NCBI GenBank assembly: GCA_010093995.1
Contig: ML992512.1
Coordinates: 725,781 to 789,780 of the forward strand
Source of the DNA: Elsinoe ampelina
Lineage: Eukaryota
Length of the DNA stretch: 64,000 nucleotides
Direction: 5' to 3'
Made by a program: the position numbers and the translations under genes. This document shows positions 1-11,958 of the stretch, in pieces (position 1 is the first letter of the stretch; each line of letters starts with the position of its first letter). The notes under the pieces were generated by a model. That model saw only the letters and a program-made list of their open reading frames with translations, had not been told where the DNA came from and searched no databases.

Positions 1-1123
1 TATATTAGGCTATATAGAATAGGCTAGGTAATAACTCTTAAGCTACTTAGGGTCCTTATAGGTTTAAGAGAGCTAATAGGCCTTAGAGTTAAAGTATAGT
101 TAGCTAAGGAATATCTAGTATATTAGTTACTATAAGTATAGCAAGTGTAGGCCTTATTAAGCTAACTAGGTAAAGTAATACACTTACTAAACTTACTACC
201 CCTACTCTTGCTCTAATTATTACTAGGGTTAGATCCCTAATACTTAGTATAGCGATTAGTGCTATAGTAGACTACTCTACTAGTAGCACTAGAAGCTATT
301 AAAGTAGTAGAGTAGTTAGTAGATCTAGTAAGGTTAACTTACTTAGTTAGATCCTTAACTAGAATAGAATTAGTAACTACTAGGTATACACTATAGGTAC
401 TAAAGGCCTAGACTACTATAGACCTTTAGATAGAATATAAGTTAGTATAGTTATAATAACTAATTATTCTAAGCCTAAGGAGAGTATTCTAGATTATGTC
501 GGCTAACTATTAAGTTAAAGTCTAAGTTAATTAGGCTATTAATATTAGCTTATGCTATTAATACTTTATAGCTACTTACTAAGAGTATTAAGACGAGTAA
601 TTAGTCTTATAGTAGTATTATAATTAACATTAGAAGTACTAGGCAACCTTAATAGAGAATTTCTCTTCTTACTACTACCTCTACTACCTAGTAGACTACT
701 TAGAGTACTAGCACTAGTAGTAATACTACTAATACCTAGCTATTACTATACTATAGCACTTATATTATAAGTATTATTAATATAGTATAGTAAGAAGGTA
801 AAAGTGTTATATAAAAGAAAAGGCTACTACTATAAGTATAATAAAGGAAAGAGAAATTATAAAGAGGCTAGTTAGATACTTATATCTCTTTAATTAAGAC
901 TTATAAGCTAGTCTATTTACATAAACAATAGCTGCCTAGCTATTGTTAATAGTTACTATTGTTACTAGCAATTATAAGCTAAACTAATAGTAAATTCTCA
1001 CTAATAATTAGCTAACACTAACAATTACAAGCAATTACAAAGAGATAAAGTAATAAGCTAATTACTTTACTTACATGTAATAGGACAGTTCTCTAGCTTT
1101 AGCAATCTATACTAGAGAGGGAG
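1..1123. mobile_element. RIP-degraded AT-rich repeat, probably retrotransposon-derived, continuing beyond the left edge of the window
   Basis: Very AT-rich with strong TpA excess and CpA/TpG depletion. No ORF over 60 aa before 1107. Composition returns to normal near 1200. Directly abuts a PPT plus LTR-like unit. Confidence 0.8.
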
Positions 1124-1265
1124 TGTTGTAATGGAAGGCTAGTATAGCTTCTCTAGTACTAAAGAACTGGTACTGATGAGTCAGCGCACGCACAGTAGAT
1201 AAATCGGTTATTGTAACTCTCTGAATGAAACACACGTCTCTCGATCCGATTTGCCAGTTACAACA
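1124..1265 (+). mobile_element. Putative 3' LTR (142 bp) of a Copia-like retrotransposon
   Basis: Starts TGTTGTAA and ends TTACAACA (8-bp terminal inverted repeat, TGTTG...CAACA type). Immediately preceded by the polypurine tract AGAGAGGGAG (1114-1123) and marks the edge of the RIP region. Confidence 0.65.
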
Positions 1266-1927
1266 CCCCCGACATGGTTCCACCAACGATCGACTCAACC
1301 ACAACTCAAGTTACTCAACTTTGTTTCACCCTGTCATGGAAGATCCACCCTCTCATCTCCGTCTTTTTCCTCCACTTCATCTCGCTTGTCAATGGCCGAC
1401 AGTCACCTGAATCACTATACAATCTGCGGAGTCGCGGCATCCTGATCATTCGGAATAACACGATCCGCGTATTCCTCAAGTCGCTGGATACTCGCCCACC
1501 GGGGTTTGAAGATGTAGCATCGTTCCCAGGTCATGGGAACTGAGCATCCTGCCGGCTCCATGCAACTAAGGAAATAAGCACACAGATTAAGCTCCACAAG
1601 TAGCTTTTCTAATGCTTACGGCTCGAGCTTGACCTCTTGCATGCAGTGGAGGAGCACTAGACCATCGAGAACGGACGCTCCGTTTCAGCCTACGCCTCAT
1701 GCCTGACTAAGAGCTGTAGCCCGTTCCTTGAGTGTTTGGCATCCACGCGTTGCTACTGAGTCAAGCTGCAATTTGCTGTGGACATGGGCCTGGACAGAGA
1801 CTGTAAGTAGCGCCTCGTAGGCACACTTTTTCAACATCACCTTCTTCGAGCCTGCTAGCAGTGCTGTTATCTATTTCTTGCACATCTGACTGCAGTCTCT
1901 CATTTGTTCTTTATTCTCAAATTCGTT

Positions 1928-3317
1928 ATGCGGTGTATCAGTTCCATCTTGGCGGCCGCTGCCCTACTCAGCTCGCTGGTCGAAGCACAATTGGCTGGCG
2001 CGGTCGGCCCTACCACAAACACTGCCGCGAAGAGGGCAAAAAAGCAATGCAACGTCCTCGATGCGGCTTACGGAGGCAAGGCTGATGGTAAGACCGACGT
2101 CGGTCCTGCCATTACAAAGGCCTTTGCTGCCTGCAAGACTGGCGGTGTCGTTGTCATTCCTGCCGGCAACTATGCACTCGGCACATGGGTCAACCTCAGT
2201 GGAGGTGCAGGCTGGGCGCTGCAGCTCGACGGTGTGCTCAACCGCGTTGGAACAGCTGGAGGCAACATGATATTTGTCCAGCACACCTCCGACTTTGAGT
2301 TCTTCTCGTCGACTGGCAAGGGTGCTGTGCAAGGCAATGGATACGTCTTCCACAAGGATGGCAACATCAGTGGAGCTCGTATCCTCCGTCTGTACCAGGT
2401 CGATCGCTTCTCCATACATGATCTCGCCCTCGTCGACGCCCCGGCCTTCCATCTGAGCTTGGACACCACTACCAATGGCGAGGTATGTTGCTAACATGCT
2501 TCGTTAACCCACCTAGACTAACAGAATCAAGCTCTACAATCTCGCCATCCGTGGCGGTAACATGGGCGGTCTCGATGGCGTCGACATCTGGTCCACCAAC
2601 ATCCACGCCCACGACATCATGGTCACCAACAAGGACGAATGCGTCACCGTCAAATCACCCAGCAAGAACATCTTGATCGAGAACATCTACTGCAATTGGT
2701 CCGGTGGATCAGCCTTTGGCTCTCTCGGTGCCGACGTCGCCATCTCAAACGTCGTCTACCGCAACGTCTACACCACGAACTCCAACCAGATGATGATGAT
2801 CAAGTCCAACGGTGGCAGTGGTACTGTCAGCAACGTCGTCCTCGAGAACTTTATCGGACACTCCAATGCCTACTCCCTCAACGTCGAGCAGTATTGGTCA
2901 TCCATGAAGGCCGTCGCCGGCAACGGTGTCAAGCTCACCAACTTCAAGTTCTCGAACTGGACCGGCACGGCAGCCAACGGCAAGCAACGTGGTCCCATCC
3001 AATTCAAGTGTGCCGACGGTGCGCCCTGCACTAACATGCTCGTCGACAATGTCAACATTTGGACCGAGACAGGTACAACAGCGTGGTGGAGCTGCAGGAG
3101 TGCGTATGGCTCTGGTGCTTGCTTGAAGGGTGGCAGCGGTGCTAGCTACCCGATCACCACCAAGACTTTGACTGCCGCTCCTACTGGCTACCAGGCGCCG
3201 AAGATGAAGGAGGATTTGACCACGCACTTTGGCACTGCTGCCAGCATTCCTATTCCTACTCATCCGGCTTCTTACTTCCCGAATGCGAAGCCGCTCAAGG
3301 CTCAGCCTACTGGCTAA
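1928..3317 (+). CDS. rhgA: Secreted GH28 rhamnogalacturonase A-like hydrolase; 2 exons (intron 2483-2531)
   Basis: Signal peptide [20 protein letters not shown], then [10 protein letters not shown]...KQCNVLD. Motifs [26 protein letters not shown] and [15 protein letters not shown]...CTAAC...AAG intron restores the frame. Confidence 0.9.
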
Positions 3318-3448
3318 GCGGCTGCCATTGAGCGTCGAGTCGGTCTTCAGCAAGACTTGAGGGCGAGATGGACTGCTTAATAACCCGTGCAGTGTTTCAC
3401 CTTGGATGGTGACATATCATTAAATATATTTTATGTACATATTTACAA

Positions 3449-4651
3449 TCATAACCGCGACTTTTCCCGCAGCTCAAGTCCTCCATCTACTACATGATAT
3501 TGCCCGCCGTTCTTCCAACCCACCCACCGCTCCAATGTCTCCTCACCTCCTTCACCCGGACTCAGCGCCTGCCCCGTCCATCCACCTCCTTCCAGTCCCA
3601 ACCCTTGCCCCTCCGCAGCCTCCCTCTCCGGATCCCCATCCGATATCGCGTTTCCCGGACTCTCCCTCAACGTCACCAACGGCCTTTGATCATACCCCTG
3701 CTCCTCCAACTCCCCCATGCCTAGCACCGGCGTAACACACGCATCCGTCCCATCAAACACCTCCTCCCACTCCTTCCTCGTCTTACTCTTAAACCTCTCC
3801 TCAAAAACCCTCCTCATCCCCTCCCACTCCCCCCTATCCTCCCTCTTCCGCAACCACTCCCCCTTGTCCAATCCCAACCCCTCCACAAATCTCGCAAAAA
3901 ATTGCGGCTCCAATGCCCCAACCGCCACATACCCCCCGTCCCTCGTCTCATAAGTATCATACCACGGACACCCGCCATCCAGGACATTCCTCCCCCTGGG
4001 CCCACCCCACATAGCCGTCCGCCTCCCCACCCTCGGAAACGTCGCCAGATGCGCCACCCCATCCACCATATTCGCCTCCACGACCTGGCCCTTACCCGTC
4101 CTCCCCCTCTCCAACAAGGCCATCAGTATCCCAGTAAACAACACGTGCCCACCCCCCGCGAAATCCCCCAGAATATTCCCAGGCGCGTAGGGCTTCTCCC
4201 CCGCGCGACCCAGCAGCGCCAACGCCCCGGACACGGCGAGGTAATTGATGTCGTGCCCCGCCATGTCTCTGTACTTGCCCTCGCGGCGGAAGCCGGTCAT
4301 TCGCGCGACGATCAACCTCGGGTTGATCCCCAACAACCTCTCCGGCGCCAGACCTAGTTTCTCCAGCACCCCGGGCCGGAAAGGGTCGATGAGGACGTCG
4401 ACGCGCGGGACGAGCGCGAGGACGAGGGCGAGGCCGCCGGGCGTTTTCAGGGACAGGGCGATGGAGGATTTGCGGCGGGCGAGGTTGTCAGGGGTCGGTG
4501 GCGGGAGGGTCGCGGTGTGCGCTGATGGGTGCGGGCGGTCGATGCGCAGGACGCTGGCGCCGTAGTCGGAGAGGAGGAGGCCGGCGTATGGGGCCGGGGC
4601 GAGGCCGGCGAGTTCGAGGACGCGGAGGGAGGTGAGTGGGGGTGGTTGCAT
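3449..4651 (-). CDS. Alpha-methylacyl-CoA racemase-like, CoA-transferase family III (CaiB/BaiF); probably peroxisomal
   Basis: Motifs [36 protein letters not shown] and [11 protein letters not shown]-terminal SRL is a PTS1 signal. True start taken as MQPPPL at 4651. Confidence 0.9.
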   Translation of the reverse strand: MQPPPLTSLRVLELAGLAPAPYAGLLLSDYGASVLRIDRPHPSAHTATLPPPTPDNLARRKSSIALSLKTPGGLALVLALVPRVDVLIDPFRPGVLEKLGLAPERLLGINPRLIVARMTGFRREGKYRDMAGHDINYLAVSGALALLGRAGEKPYAPGNILGDFAGGGHVLFTGILMALLERGRTGKGQVVEANMVDGVAHLATFPRVGRRTAMWGGPRGRNVLDGGCPWYDTYETRDGGYVAVGALEPQFFARFVEGLGLDKGEWLRKREDRGEWEGMRRVFEERFKSKTRKEWEEVFDGTDACVTPVLGMGELEEQGYDQRPLVTLRESPGNAISDGDPEREAAEGQGLGLEGGGWTGQALSPGEGGEETLERWVGWKNGGQYHVVDGGLELREKSRL

Positions 4652-5035
4652 GGTGGTTGGTGGTGCTGGTGGGGTTGGGGAGGTGAGGAGGAGAGGCAGG
4701 TAGGGGGGCTGGTGATGAGCAATAGGAGGGGGGTTCAATGCTGCATTGGATTGGCAAGGGGATGATGGTGAGGGTGTGGTTTTCAGTCGACACTGAAGGT
4801 GATATTGCGGGGAGAGCTCTATTAGGGACAACCGAGGTGTTGGTGGAAATACAGTATCCGAGACATGTCCGGCTGCACCCCGGATTTCACCCCACCATGC
4901 TACCCCAATTCTCCAGGGCGTTCCCGGCGTTGGGTCGTGTTGGAGATATGGGATACCAGGTGGCAGTGTTTGAAGTAAGTAGTGTTGTGCTTGCGTATCG
5001 TGAATTTCTTCCATATCCAAAAGGACAACTTCAGA

Positions 5036-5548
5036 ATGCCAACTCCCGCTCACCGAATCCACGACTGGATACAGATCCAAGACCTCTACGCCACTTATAT
5101 CCATGCGGTCGACGACCATGATTGGGCACTGCTAGGCCAGGAGGTGTTCACGCTTGAGACTCTCTTCGATTGGAGTGCGTCTGGAGGACCACGTCTTACC
5201 TGGTCCGAAATCCGAGCCACGCCATACGGAGGATTTCCCATGGCAGAATGGTTCCCCTACGGCTTTCATGTTTGCACAAACTTGGTGATTGACTTTGTGA
5301 AAGGGAATGGGACAAACAAGGAAGCAAGAGTGAAGAGCAAGACAATCCACCCATCAGGCCTGCCAAAAGAAGGAGGCGGAGACGCTTTCTTCCAAGTCCA
5401 AGGAGTGTACAAGGATGTTGTCGTCAAGACGGAAAGTGGATGGCGGTTCAAAGAGCGGAGATGGGAAGATGGCTTCGTGATGGGTGTTTTTACCAAACTC
5501 GAAGGCATGCCTGAGATGATGAAGGCAGCGGGAAAGTCAATACAATAA
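5036..5548 (+). CDS. SnoaL-like / NTF2-fold protein (SnoaL_4/BaiE-type), intronless
   Basis: Pattern [19 protein letters not shown]...VFT...[19 protein letters not shown] is typical of SnoaL_4 proteins. Confidence 0.8.
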   Translation: MPTPAHRIHDWIQIQDLYATYIHAVDDHDWALLGQEVFTLETLFDWSASGGPRLTWSEIRATPYGGFPMAEWFPYGFHVCTNLVIDFVKGNGTNKEARVKSKTIHPSGLPKEGGGDAFFQVQGVYKDVVVKTESGWRFKERRWEDGFVMGVFTKLEGMPEMMKAAGKSIQ

Positions 5549-5627
5549 AGGTTGGAGGTGGACTGAAAGGAACAGGGCGAACTCTGCATCGTCGAGGTTA
5601 AAAAGGGTATATGCACCGAATGTAATA

Positions 5628-7049
5628 TCAACCAGCCCGCCAGCCCAGCGGTGCACGAGGCCGAAAGTCTTCTTCAGCAGGACTATCCGCTGGTCGCTTC
5701 TTGCTTGTCGCTGCTCTGAAGACGTCCTGCGTATGATCCCAGATTTGTTTGCCCAGCCCGTTCTCGCGGTAAGGCTTCAGGATATCTTGATCACCAGTCG
5801 ATTGTGCGTCCCAGTCCAAAAGGTAAGCGCCGCTGCCCTGTTCGCCATCGCTTCCCTTGCAGACTTCGAAACCTTCCGGGATATCAACACCGCCACTGCC
5901 TCGCCGTGCCGGATACATTGCGCTGGTGATCTGGAAGAAATGACGTTCGCCACTTTCCCGCAAGTGGATGATCCAGGGCGAGGAGACGGCATAGAGGATC
6001 TTGACTGCAAGACGAGCCGGTCCGCCAAGCTCATTTGTGATTCCAGACTTCACAGTACCAGGGTAGGAGTGCGAGAATGCTGTCAACGGGAACCGTTTGG
6101 CGAGCTCCTCAATCAAAAAGTCGTTCATCACCACACAGTGAGCCATGCATGCATGTACTGTGTAATTGTATCTCAGAGAGAGATCGTCAGTCCTGATGTG
6201 TCCTTCCGATCCGGCTGCCAGGACGGATAAGACTCGTGACAGCTCGTTGGCTTTGGCAGCGTCCGTGAGGAGTGGCATCAGGTTGTGGATGAATCTGGCC
6301 CGCGAGTAGTAGTTGACAGCCATCTTGCGATCGAGTCCTTCCGATGTTTCTGATCACGATTAGACCGAGTGAATTTTGGCTGGTGTCAAATTTGCAGCAT
6401 ACCAGTTCGTCCTCGCATCGACATGAATCCCGCAGACAAGAAGAGGATATTAATCTTCTTCTCCTTCTGAATGATTTGATCGCAGACCTCGTCGACATTC
6501 TTCAGCAGCGTCACGTCCGCCTTGATGAAGTGACATTCTGCATCGATGCTGGTCGATGTCACCTCTTCAATGAGCTCTTCTGCATTCTTCTTGTTCCTGC
6601 GAATTGTCAGGTGGCGAATGGCGGAGTGGAGATGCCACGTACCTGCCGACGATATACGCCTTGGGTCTAATTGTACATTCAAAGAATTCTTTCAATGTAC
6701 TTGCACCAATCCCCGCTGTACCGCCCACTAGAGGATGTCAGCATGCTTATGCACCATGTCACGTGCGTCTCGAAATCCTCGCTTACCAAAGACACCGACT
6801 AGTCCCTCGAGACAACTCGCCTTCAAGTTTGACTCGCGGACTACTTTGATCGGTATCGAGTGGGCGGTCTCACTGAAGAGTAGTGAGGAAATGGTGACGA
6901 CTGGATCGAGACGTTGTCAAGGGGGCTGTGTCTGTACGCCGGCAGTCGGGTCACGACACGGGGGAGTTCAGAGACATGGACTGCATTCACGCGAGAAAAG
7001 AGAGTGAAGCTTGCTATCACGATGAGGTCACATACCAAGGAATGGGCAT
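5628..7049 (-). CDS. Short-chain dehydrogenase/reductase, multi-exon
   Basis: Spliced exons give VRESN..GLVGVFVGGTAGIG (Rossmann motif), YIVGR, FIKADVTLL, INILFLSAG, NYYSRARF and HSYPGTVKS. The only in-phase ATG is in a short first exon (7036-7049, MPIP), so the start is less certain. Confidence 0.8.
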
Positions 7050-7374
7050 GTTGGAAGGGCTTGTGAGACGAGAAATGGTGCAGGTGGAGCGCACAGAGAT
7101 TTCTCGAGTTCAGCCTGTGAAAATGATCAGAACATCACCTGGCTCAGCTGAACCTGTGTTTAAGCACGGCAGGGACGGGAAGGACGGGAGCAAGCGAGCG
7201 TGGGGGTGCAGATCATGACTCGCAATGCCGGCGGGTTTCTGCGCGACATGTCAACAATGAGCTTCGAATAAACATTGATCCTGCGACACCAGTATTCTTC
7301 ACACGACACACGTCACGAGCTTATCGAAGTGGAGAGCAAAGACCACTCTTCGTGTCTTCGTACCAGACAAGAAG

Positions 7375-9378
7375 ATGGACTCTTCACCTCCTCTACCAGC
7401 GCACCACTCGCTGTCGCATCCTTCGTCACCAGCACATTCGGCGCATAACGATGCCCAGTCAGATTATTCTTTGGACCTCGGCGCTCTCACGAAAGATTCT
7501 CTCTCAGCCCCGCCATCGCCACCCGTCATGCGTAAAGTGGATGAGGTACGAAGTGAGGACATTGACGGACCTAGCGACTTCACTTTGCACATGGAAGAAT
7601 GGATGCGTGGCACGCGCAAAGGCAAATCTAAGGGCACACTGGGTCGCGGCACTCAACGAAATCCATTCGGCACCATGAAGAAGGGGACTGTCAAGAGCAT
7701 GTTTGCACAGCCGCCGGATTCGCAGATCGAAGAAGAGGATGAAGCCGTTCCACAGCAAACGGTAGAGGAGAGCCCTTCGCCGGCGAGACAACGTCAAGTG
7801 GATACACCTGTGCCTGACAGCTCTTTGTTCCTGGAAGATCGGGAAGGCAGTGCTACACCTAGAGTAAATGGCAATAGCTCTATGCTCGACGCCAATGTAG
7901 AGCAAGCGTGGATGAAAGGCAGACAATTCCTACAGCCAACAGTGGAGGATTACAACTCCGAGCTGACCCCTGGGCGACCGCTCTCTGCACCACTGATGTC
8001 TCGGCCAAGTCCACTCGCATATATGGACAGAGCCAGCTCGCAAGGACCGCCTGTGCCAAAGCACAGCTCTTCCGATAACCACGACGAGATGGATCAGCTG
8101 AGGAGACAGTTGGAAGAGTCGCGGATACTGCGTGAGAAAAGTGAGCTTCGAGCACAACATTTCGAGGATCAATTGCGGTCTTCGAATGAAGCCAGGAAGG
8201 AATTGCAGAATCAGCTGGACCGGACTACCGACGCCTTGCGGTCTGCAAATGAAGGGCAATCGGACAAAGCGAGCGACTCAACAAAGATTACTGCGCTGGA
8301 AGAGCGGCTTCAAAAGTCACAGGATGAAACTGCAGAAGTTCGAAAGGAGCTCTCCAAAGCCAAATCACTCGCGGACGAGCTAAGAACGCAGCTTGACGAG
8401 ATGCGAGAGAGCGAGGATGCAGAGCTTCATGATCTTCGTTGGCGAGTCAAGAGCCTAGCAGAGGGCGAGAAGAGATTCACCACAGAAGCAGAGGACCTCA
8501 AAAGTAAGCTTAAAACCGCAGTTGACGAAGCCACTCGGCTACGGACCGACCTCGACAGCGAGAAACGAGCAAAGGATGACCTGCAATCGCGCCTCAGTAT
8601 CGCCCCATCGCATCAATCCGCACCCACTCCCACCATATCAGAAGCCGACCTCCACTCCCTACGCACCCAGCTCCAATCCGCAAAAGACGAAGCCACCTCC
8701 CTCCGCGCACGTCTCCAACAATCCTCCCTTCAAGCGCCCACAACCACACAGACCGACCTAGACGCCGCCAAGCAAGAGATCTTGCACCTCCGCGAAGAGC
8801 TCGACCTCCTCCAAGACCTCTCCCGCCTCGACGACGACGACGACCGACCTACGCAAAAACACGCCCGTACCGAGTCCACAGTCTCGACCAGCGACGAGCA
8901 GCTCCGTCCTCAACTCGACGCGGCAGTGCAGAAGGCAGAGCACTTTGAGAGTATGGTCAAAGAATACGCTGCGCAAATCGCTAGTCTACGTTCGGGTCTA
9001 CTGGCGAGCAAAGACGACGCGGAGGGGCTGCGGAAAGAGCTAGATCTTGCGCACAAGCAGACGAGTGTACCGGAGCCCAATGATGCTGAGCTGCGAGAGT
9101 CGGAGCGGAAACGGCTCGATCTCCACGCTACGGTAGACGAGATGCGCAAGGAGCTGGATGGGTTGAGGAAGGCGAATGAGGCGATGGATCAACGGGTGTC
9201 GGAGAGTTTGAGGAAGAGAGAGGAGGGGTGGCAAGTGAAAGAGCAGGAGTGGATCAGGGAGCGGAAGACGATGGTCAAGGCGCTTATGAGGCAGTGGGGG
9301 AGAGAGGAGGTGGGGGTTGATTCGAGGGAGCAGAGATATAGATATCAGTTTGGGGGGAGAGGAGAGGTGGTATCGTGA
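7375..9378 (+). CDS. Uncharacterised coiled-coil protein (667 aa) with disordered N-terminus
   Basis: Long ATG-initiated ORF with heptad-like E/L/R/K-rich C-terminal two thirds. Conserved-looking islands DGPSDFTLHMEEWM and KALMRQWGREEVG. Confidence 0.75.
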   Translation: MDSSPPLPAHHSLSHPSSPAHSAHNDAQSDYSLDLGALTKDSLSAPPSPPVMRKVDEVRSEDIDGPSDFTLHMEEWMRGTRKGKSKGTLGRGTQRNPFGTMKKGTVKSMFAQPPDSQIEEEDEAVPQQTVEESPSPARQRQVDTPVPDSSLFLEDREGSATPRVNGNSSMLDANVEQAWMKGRQFLQPTVEDYNSELTPGRPLSAPLMSRPSPLAYMDRASSQGPPVPKHSSSDNHDEMDQLRRQLEESRILREKSELRAQHFEDQLRSSNEARKELQNQLDRTTDALRSANEGQSDKASDSTKITALEERLQKSQDETAEVRKELSKAKSLADELRTQLDEMRESEDAELHDLRWRVKSLAEGEKRFTTEAEDLKSKLKTAVDEATRLRTDLDSEKRAKDDLQSRLSIAPSHQSAPTPTISEADLHSLRTQLQSAKDEATSLRARLQQSSLQAPTTTQTDLDAAKQEILHLREELDLLQDLSRLDDDDDRPTQKHARTESTVSTSDEQLRPQLDAAVQKAEHFESMVKEYAAQIASLRSGLLASKDDAEGLRKELDLAHKQTSVPEPNDAELRESERKRLDLHATVDEMRKELDGLRKANEAMDQRVSESLRKREEGWQVKEQEWIRERKTMVKALMRQWGREEVGVDSREQRYRYQFGGRGEVVS

Positions 9379-9543
9379 TCGAGTCGGAGAGAATGAGAGA
9401 GAGCTTTTATGATTGTACTCTATTTCCGGCTCAGTGGCTTGCACAAGATGCGCTTGCACAAGCTACACTTCACCCAGATCGTGCACAGAGGAGCTGGCAT
9501 TTGTCTGATTGTGACCAATCATGACAGAGGCTTCTGCAGCACT

Positions 9544-10154
9544 CTATGCCTTCTCATAAACCCAATCAAACTCCGCCTTCTTCCACGCATTCAGCTCCTC
9601 AGGCTTGAACCACAACGCAATCTCCTTCTTAGCCGACTCGACAGCGTCAGAGCCATGGCAGACGTTGCGGCCGACATCGATGGCGAAATCACCACGGATG
9701 GTGCCCGGGGCCGAGGCGAGCGGGTTGGTGGCACCGAGGAGCTGGCGGCCGACCTTGACGACCTCCTTGCCCTCCCAGACCATGGCGCAGATGGGGCCGG
9801 AGCCCATGTAGCTCACGAGACCGGGGAAGAAGGGCTTGTCGGATAGGTCCGAGTAGTGCTTCTCCAGGTGCTCCTTGGAGGCGGTCACGAGCTTGATGGC
9901 GACGAGCTTGTAGCCGCGCTGTTCGAAGCGGGTGATGATGGGGCCGACGAGGCCGCGCTGGAGGGGGTGTTAGTCGGGGGTGGGTGGGGTTGTGGATATG
10001 GCGATTGGAAGCTGGTGGTGGGGAGATTCCGATTGATGCTGGGGACGTACCTGGACGCCATCAGGCTTGATAGCGATGAAGCTGGCAATGGTCAATTTGT
10101 GCCCCTCTTTGTCCACCATGGCGGGGTGTTTGCATACGTCTGCTCGGAAGTCAT
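9544..10154 (-). CDS. ndk1: Nucleoside diphosphate kinase; 3 exons
   Basis: [28 protein letters not shown]...[21 protein letters not shown], with the catalytic His present. Confidence 0.95.
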
Positions 10155-10334
10155 CTTGGCTGCTTCTTCTTCTTTGAGTGCTCTGTGGGCGACGGTGAGG
10201 TGTGATCGGTCTTTTGCTCCGAGATGCTTGAAGATGGGAGGATTGAATTCTTCTTGTTGGGATGAAGACATTGGAAAGAAGATCAGGGTGGCATTGAAAT
10301 GTGCTGTGTTTTTTCTGGGCAACCCCACTACTGC

Positions 10335-11958
10335 CAAGGCTTAGCGAATTTGGAGACTGCCGCCCCCCTTTCTTGGCACTTTTCAAGCCCAGATTTATAC
10401 CAATTTTTTGGTGAATATCCGGGATTTATAAGCATTTAAGTAATCTGATTAATTTAAAAAGATAAAGCTAAAAAAAGGTGTTACTAAAACTCTATAAAGG
10501 CTCTTTACTACGGAGTGTAAAGGCCTTCTTGTCTAATGCCCTTCTTAATCCTTTCTAGTATACTCCTTACAAGGTTATTAATCTCCTCCTAATCGATATA
10601 GTTCTATTTATAGAGGATAGCTGCCTTTAGCTCGTCGATAGTAGTATAGTAATAGTTCTTAATACGCTATTTAAGGATCCTCTATACATTCTTAATAATA
10701 TTAAAGTTAGGTAACTAAGGGCAATTAGTATACTAATAAAAGCCCCCCTTAGTGTTAAGATAAGCCTTATAACAAGCAACTACGTTGTTAAGGCTCCTTA
10801 TACCATAGCTGCTATTATTATTCTCTAAAAGTATAAATAGCTAGTACTTCCTTTTAGCCTCTAAGAAGGCTAGTTTAATATAGAGGTATAATATCTTAGT
10901 AAGGTACTATATCTAAGTAAGGTTACTAGCAGCCTTTAAAGGTAGTTAATCTACTTTATAATAGCGGTGTTTATAAGCCTCCTTATTATAATACTAGTAC
11001 TTATATATTAAAGGCCTTATATTACTAAGAAGTTAATACTCTTCTTTCTCTATCTCGATTACTAGCTCTAGTGATAATCCTTCCTTGTTAATGTAGTTCT
11101 ATATAAAAGTAGTACTCTCCGACTTGTCGTTAGAGTTAAAGAAGACTATCTCTAACTTATAGTTATATTTAACTATAGCCTAGTAGTGTAATTAGCTCCC
11201 CTTTAACTATATCTTAAACTAGATACAAGTCTTATACTAGCGCTCTATATTGTTCCGGATGACTCGAGTAGTTCTCTATAACTCTAATGCGAAGTGTACT
11301 TTATCTATAAAGTATACTAACTTCTACTATCTCTAGGTTTACTACCTATACTTCTTATAAAAGGCTAGTCTTACTACTACGTTCTCCGGCCTTAACTACC
11401 CCTTTTAACAAGCTAGGCACTTATAATATCCGGCTAAATTTATAGCGTTCTTTACTATATATAGATAGATATTATCTATAAAGAGTTTAGTAAGCTAGAC
11501 CTATATAGTTTAGTAGTTTTTATAGGACTTAACAACGTAGTAGATTATATAGTAGAGGATTCTTGAATTGATCTTTTTAGATGCTCCTTTACGTAATTTA
11601 CCTAGCTAATAGTCTTACTATATTTCCTATAAGTACTAAGTCTAGATAGGCACCTTTATAAGCTTCTTTATCTTTTGTTATAAGGTGCTAGTTTCGAATA
11701 AGGTCTTTATACACACGCGCGTTAGTGTCGGCTATTTATGTACTAACTCCTAGTCCTTATTATGCACCTTCTATCTCTTTTTTAATATATTTCTTTCTAG
11801 TGATATAAAGCATATAGTGTTCTAAGCATTTTAGCTTCTTACACGTCCCATTTAGTGCAGTGTTAGTGGAGTTATAAATTATTAAAGTTTTGAGGTGTGG
11901 AAATTGTATACAAAGCTAAGCAATTTACCCCGGCAACCTCCAAATTCGCTAAGCCTTG
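10335..11958 (-). mobile_element. RIP-inactivated Tc1/mariner-superfamily DNA transposon with 28-bp TIRs
   Basis: TIRs CAAGGCTTAGCGAATTTGGAGnnTGCCG at 10335-10362 and inverted at 11931-11958 (26/28 identical). The minus strand carries transition-mutated transposase motifs that de-RIP to WKLVxFxDEVHF (~11305), HxWAxVGYNYK (~11180), LLEDNDSSHG (~10820) and NCPQSPDFNIIENVWRILKQR (~10700). Confidence 0.85.

Noticed and set aside
4652..5119. N-terminal extension of the 556-aa AMACR ORF overlapping the SnoaL gene
   Set aside because: Non-family low-complexity sequence. Homology begins at MQPPPL (4651), and the open frame is explained by C-rich composition.
6860..6980. SDR lacking a start codon (non-AUG initiation)
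   Set aside because: A short upstream exon (7036-7049) with a GTATGT donor splices in phase and supplies an ATG.
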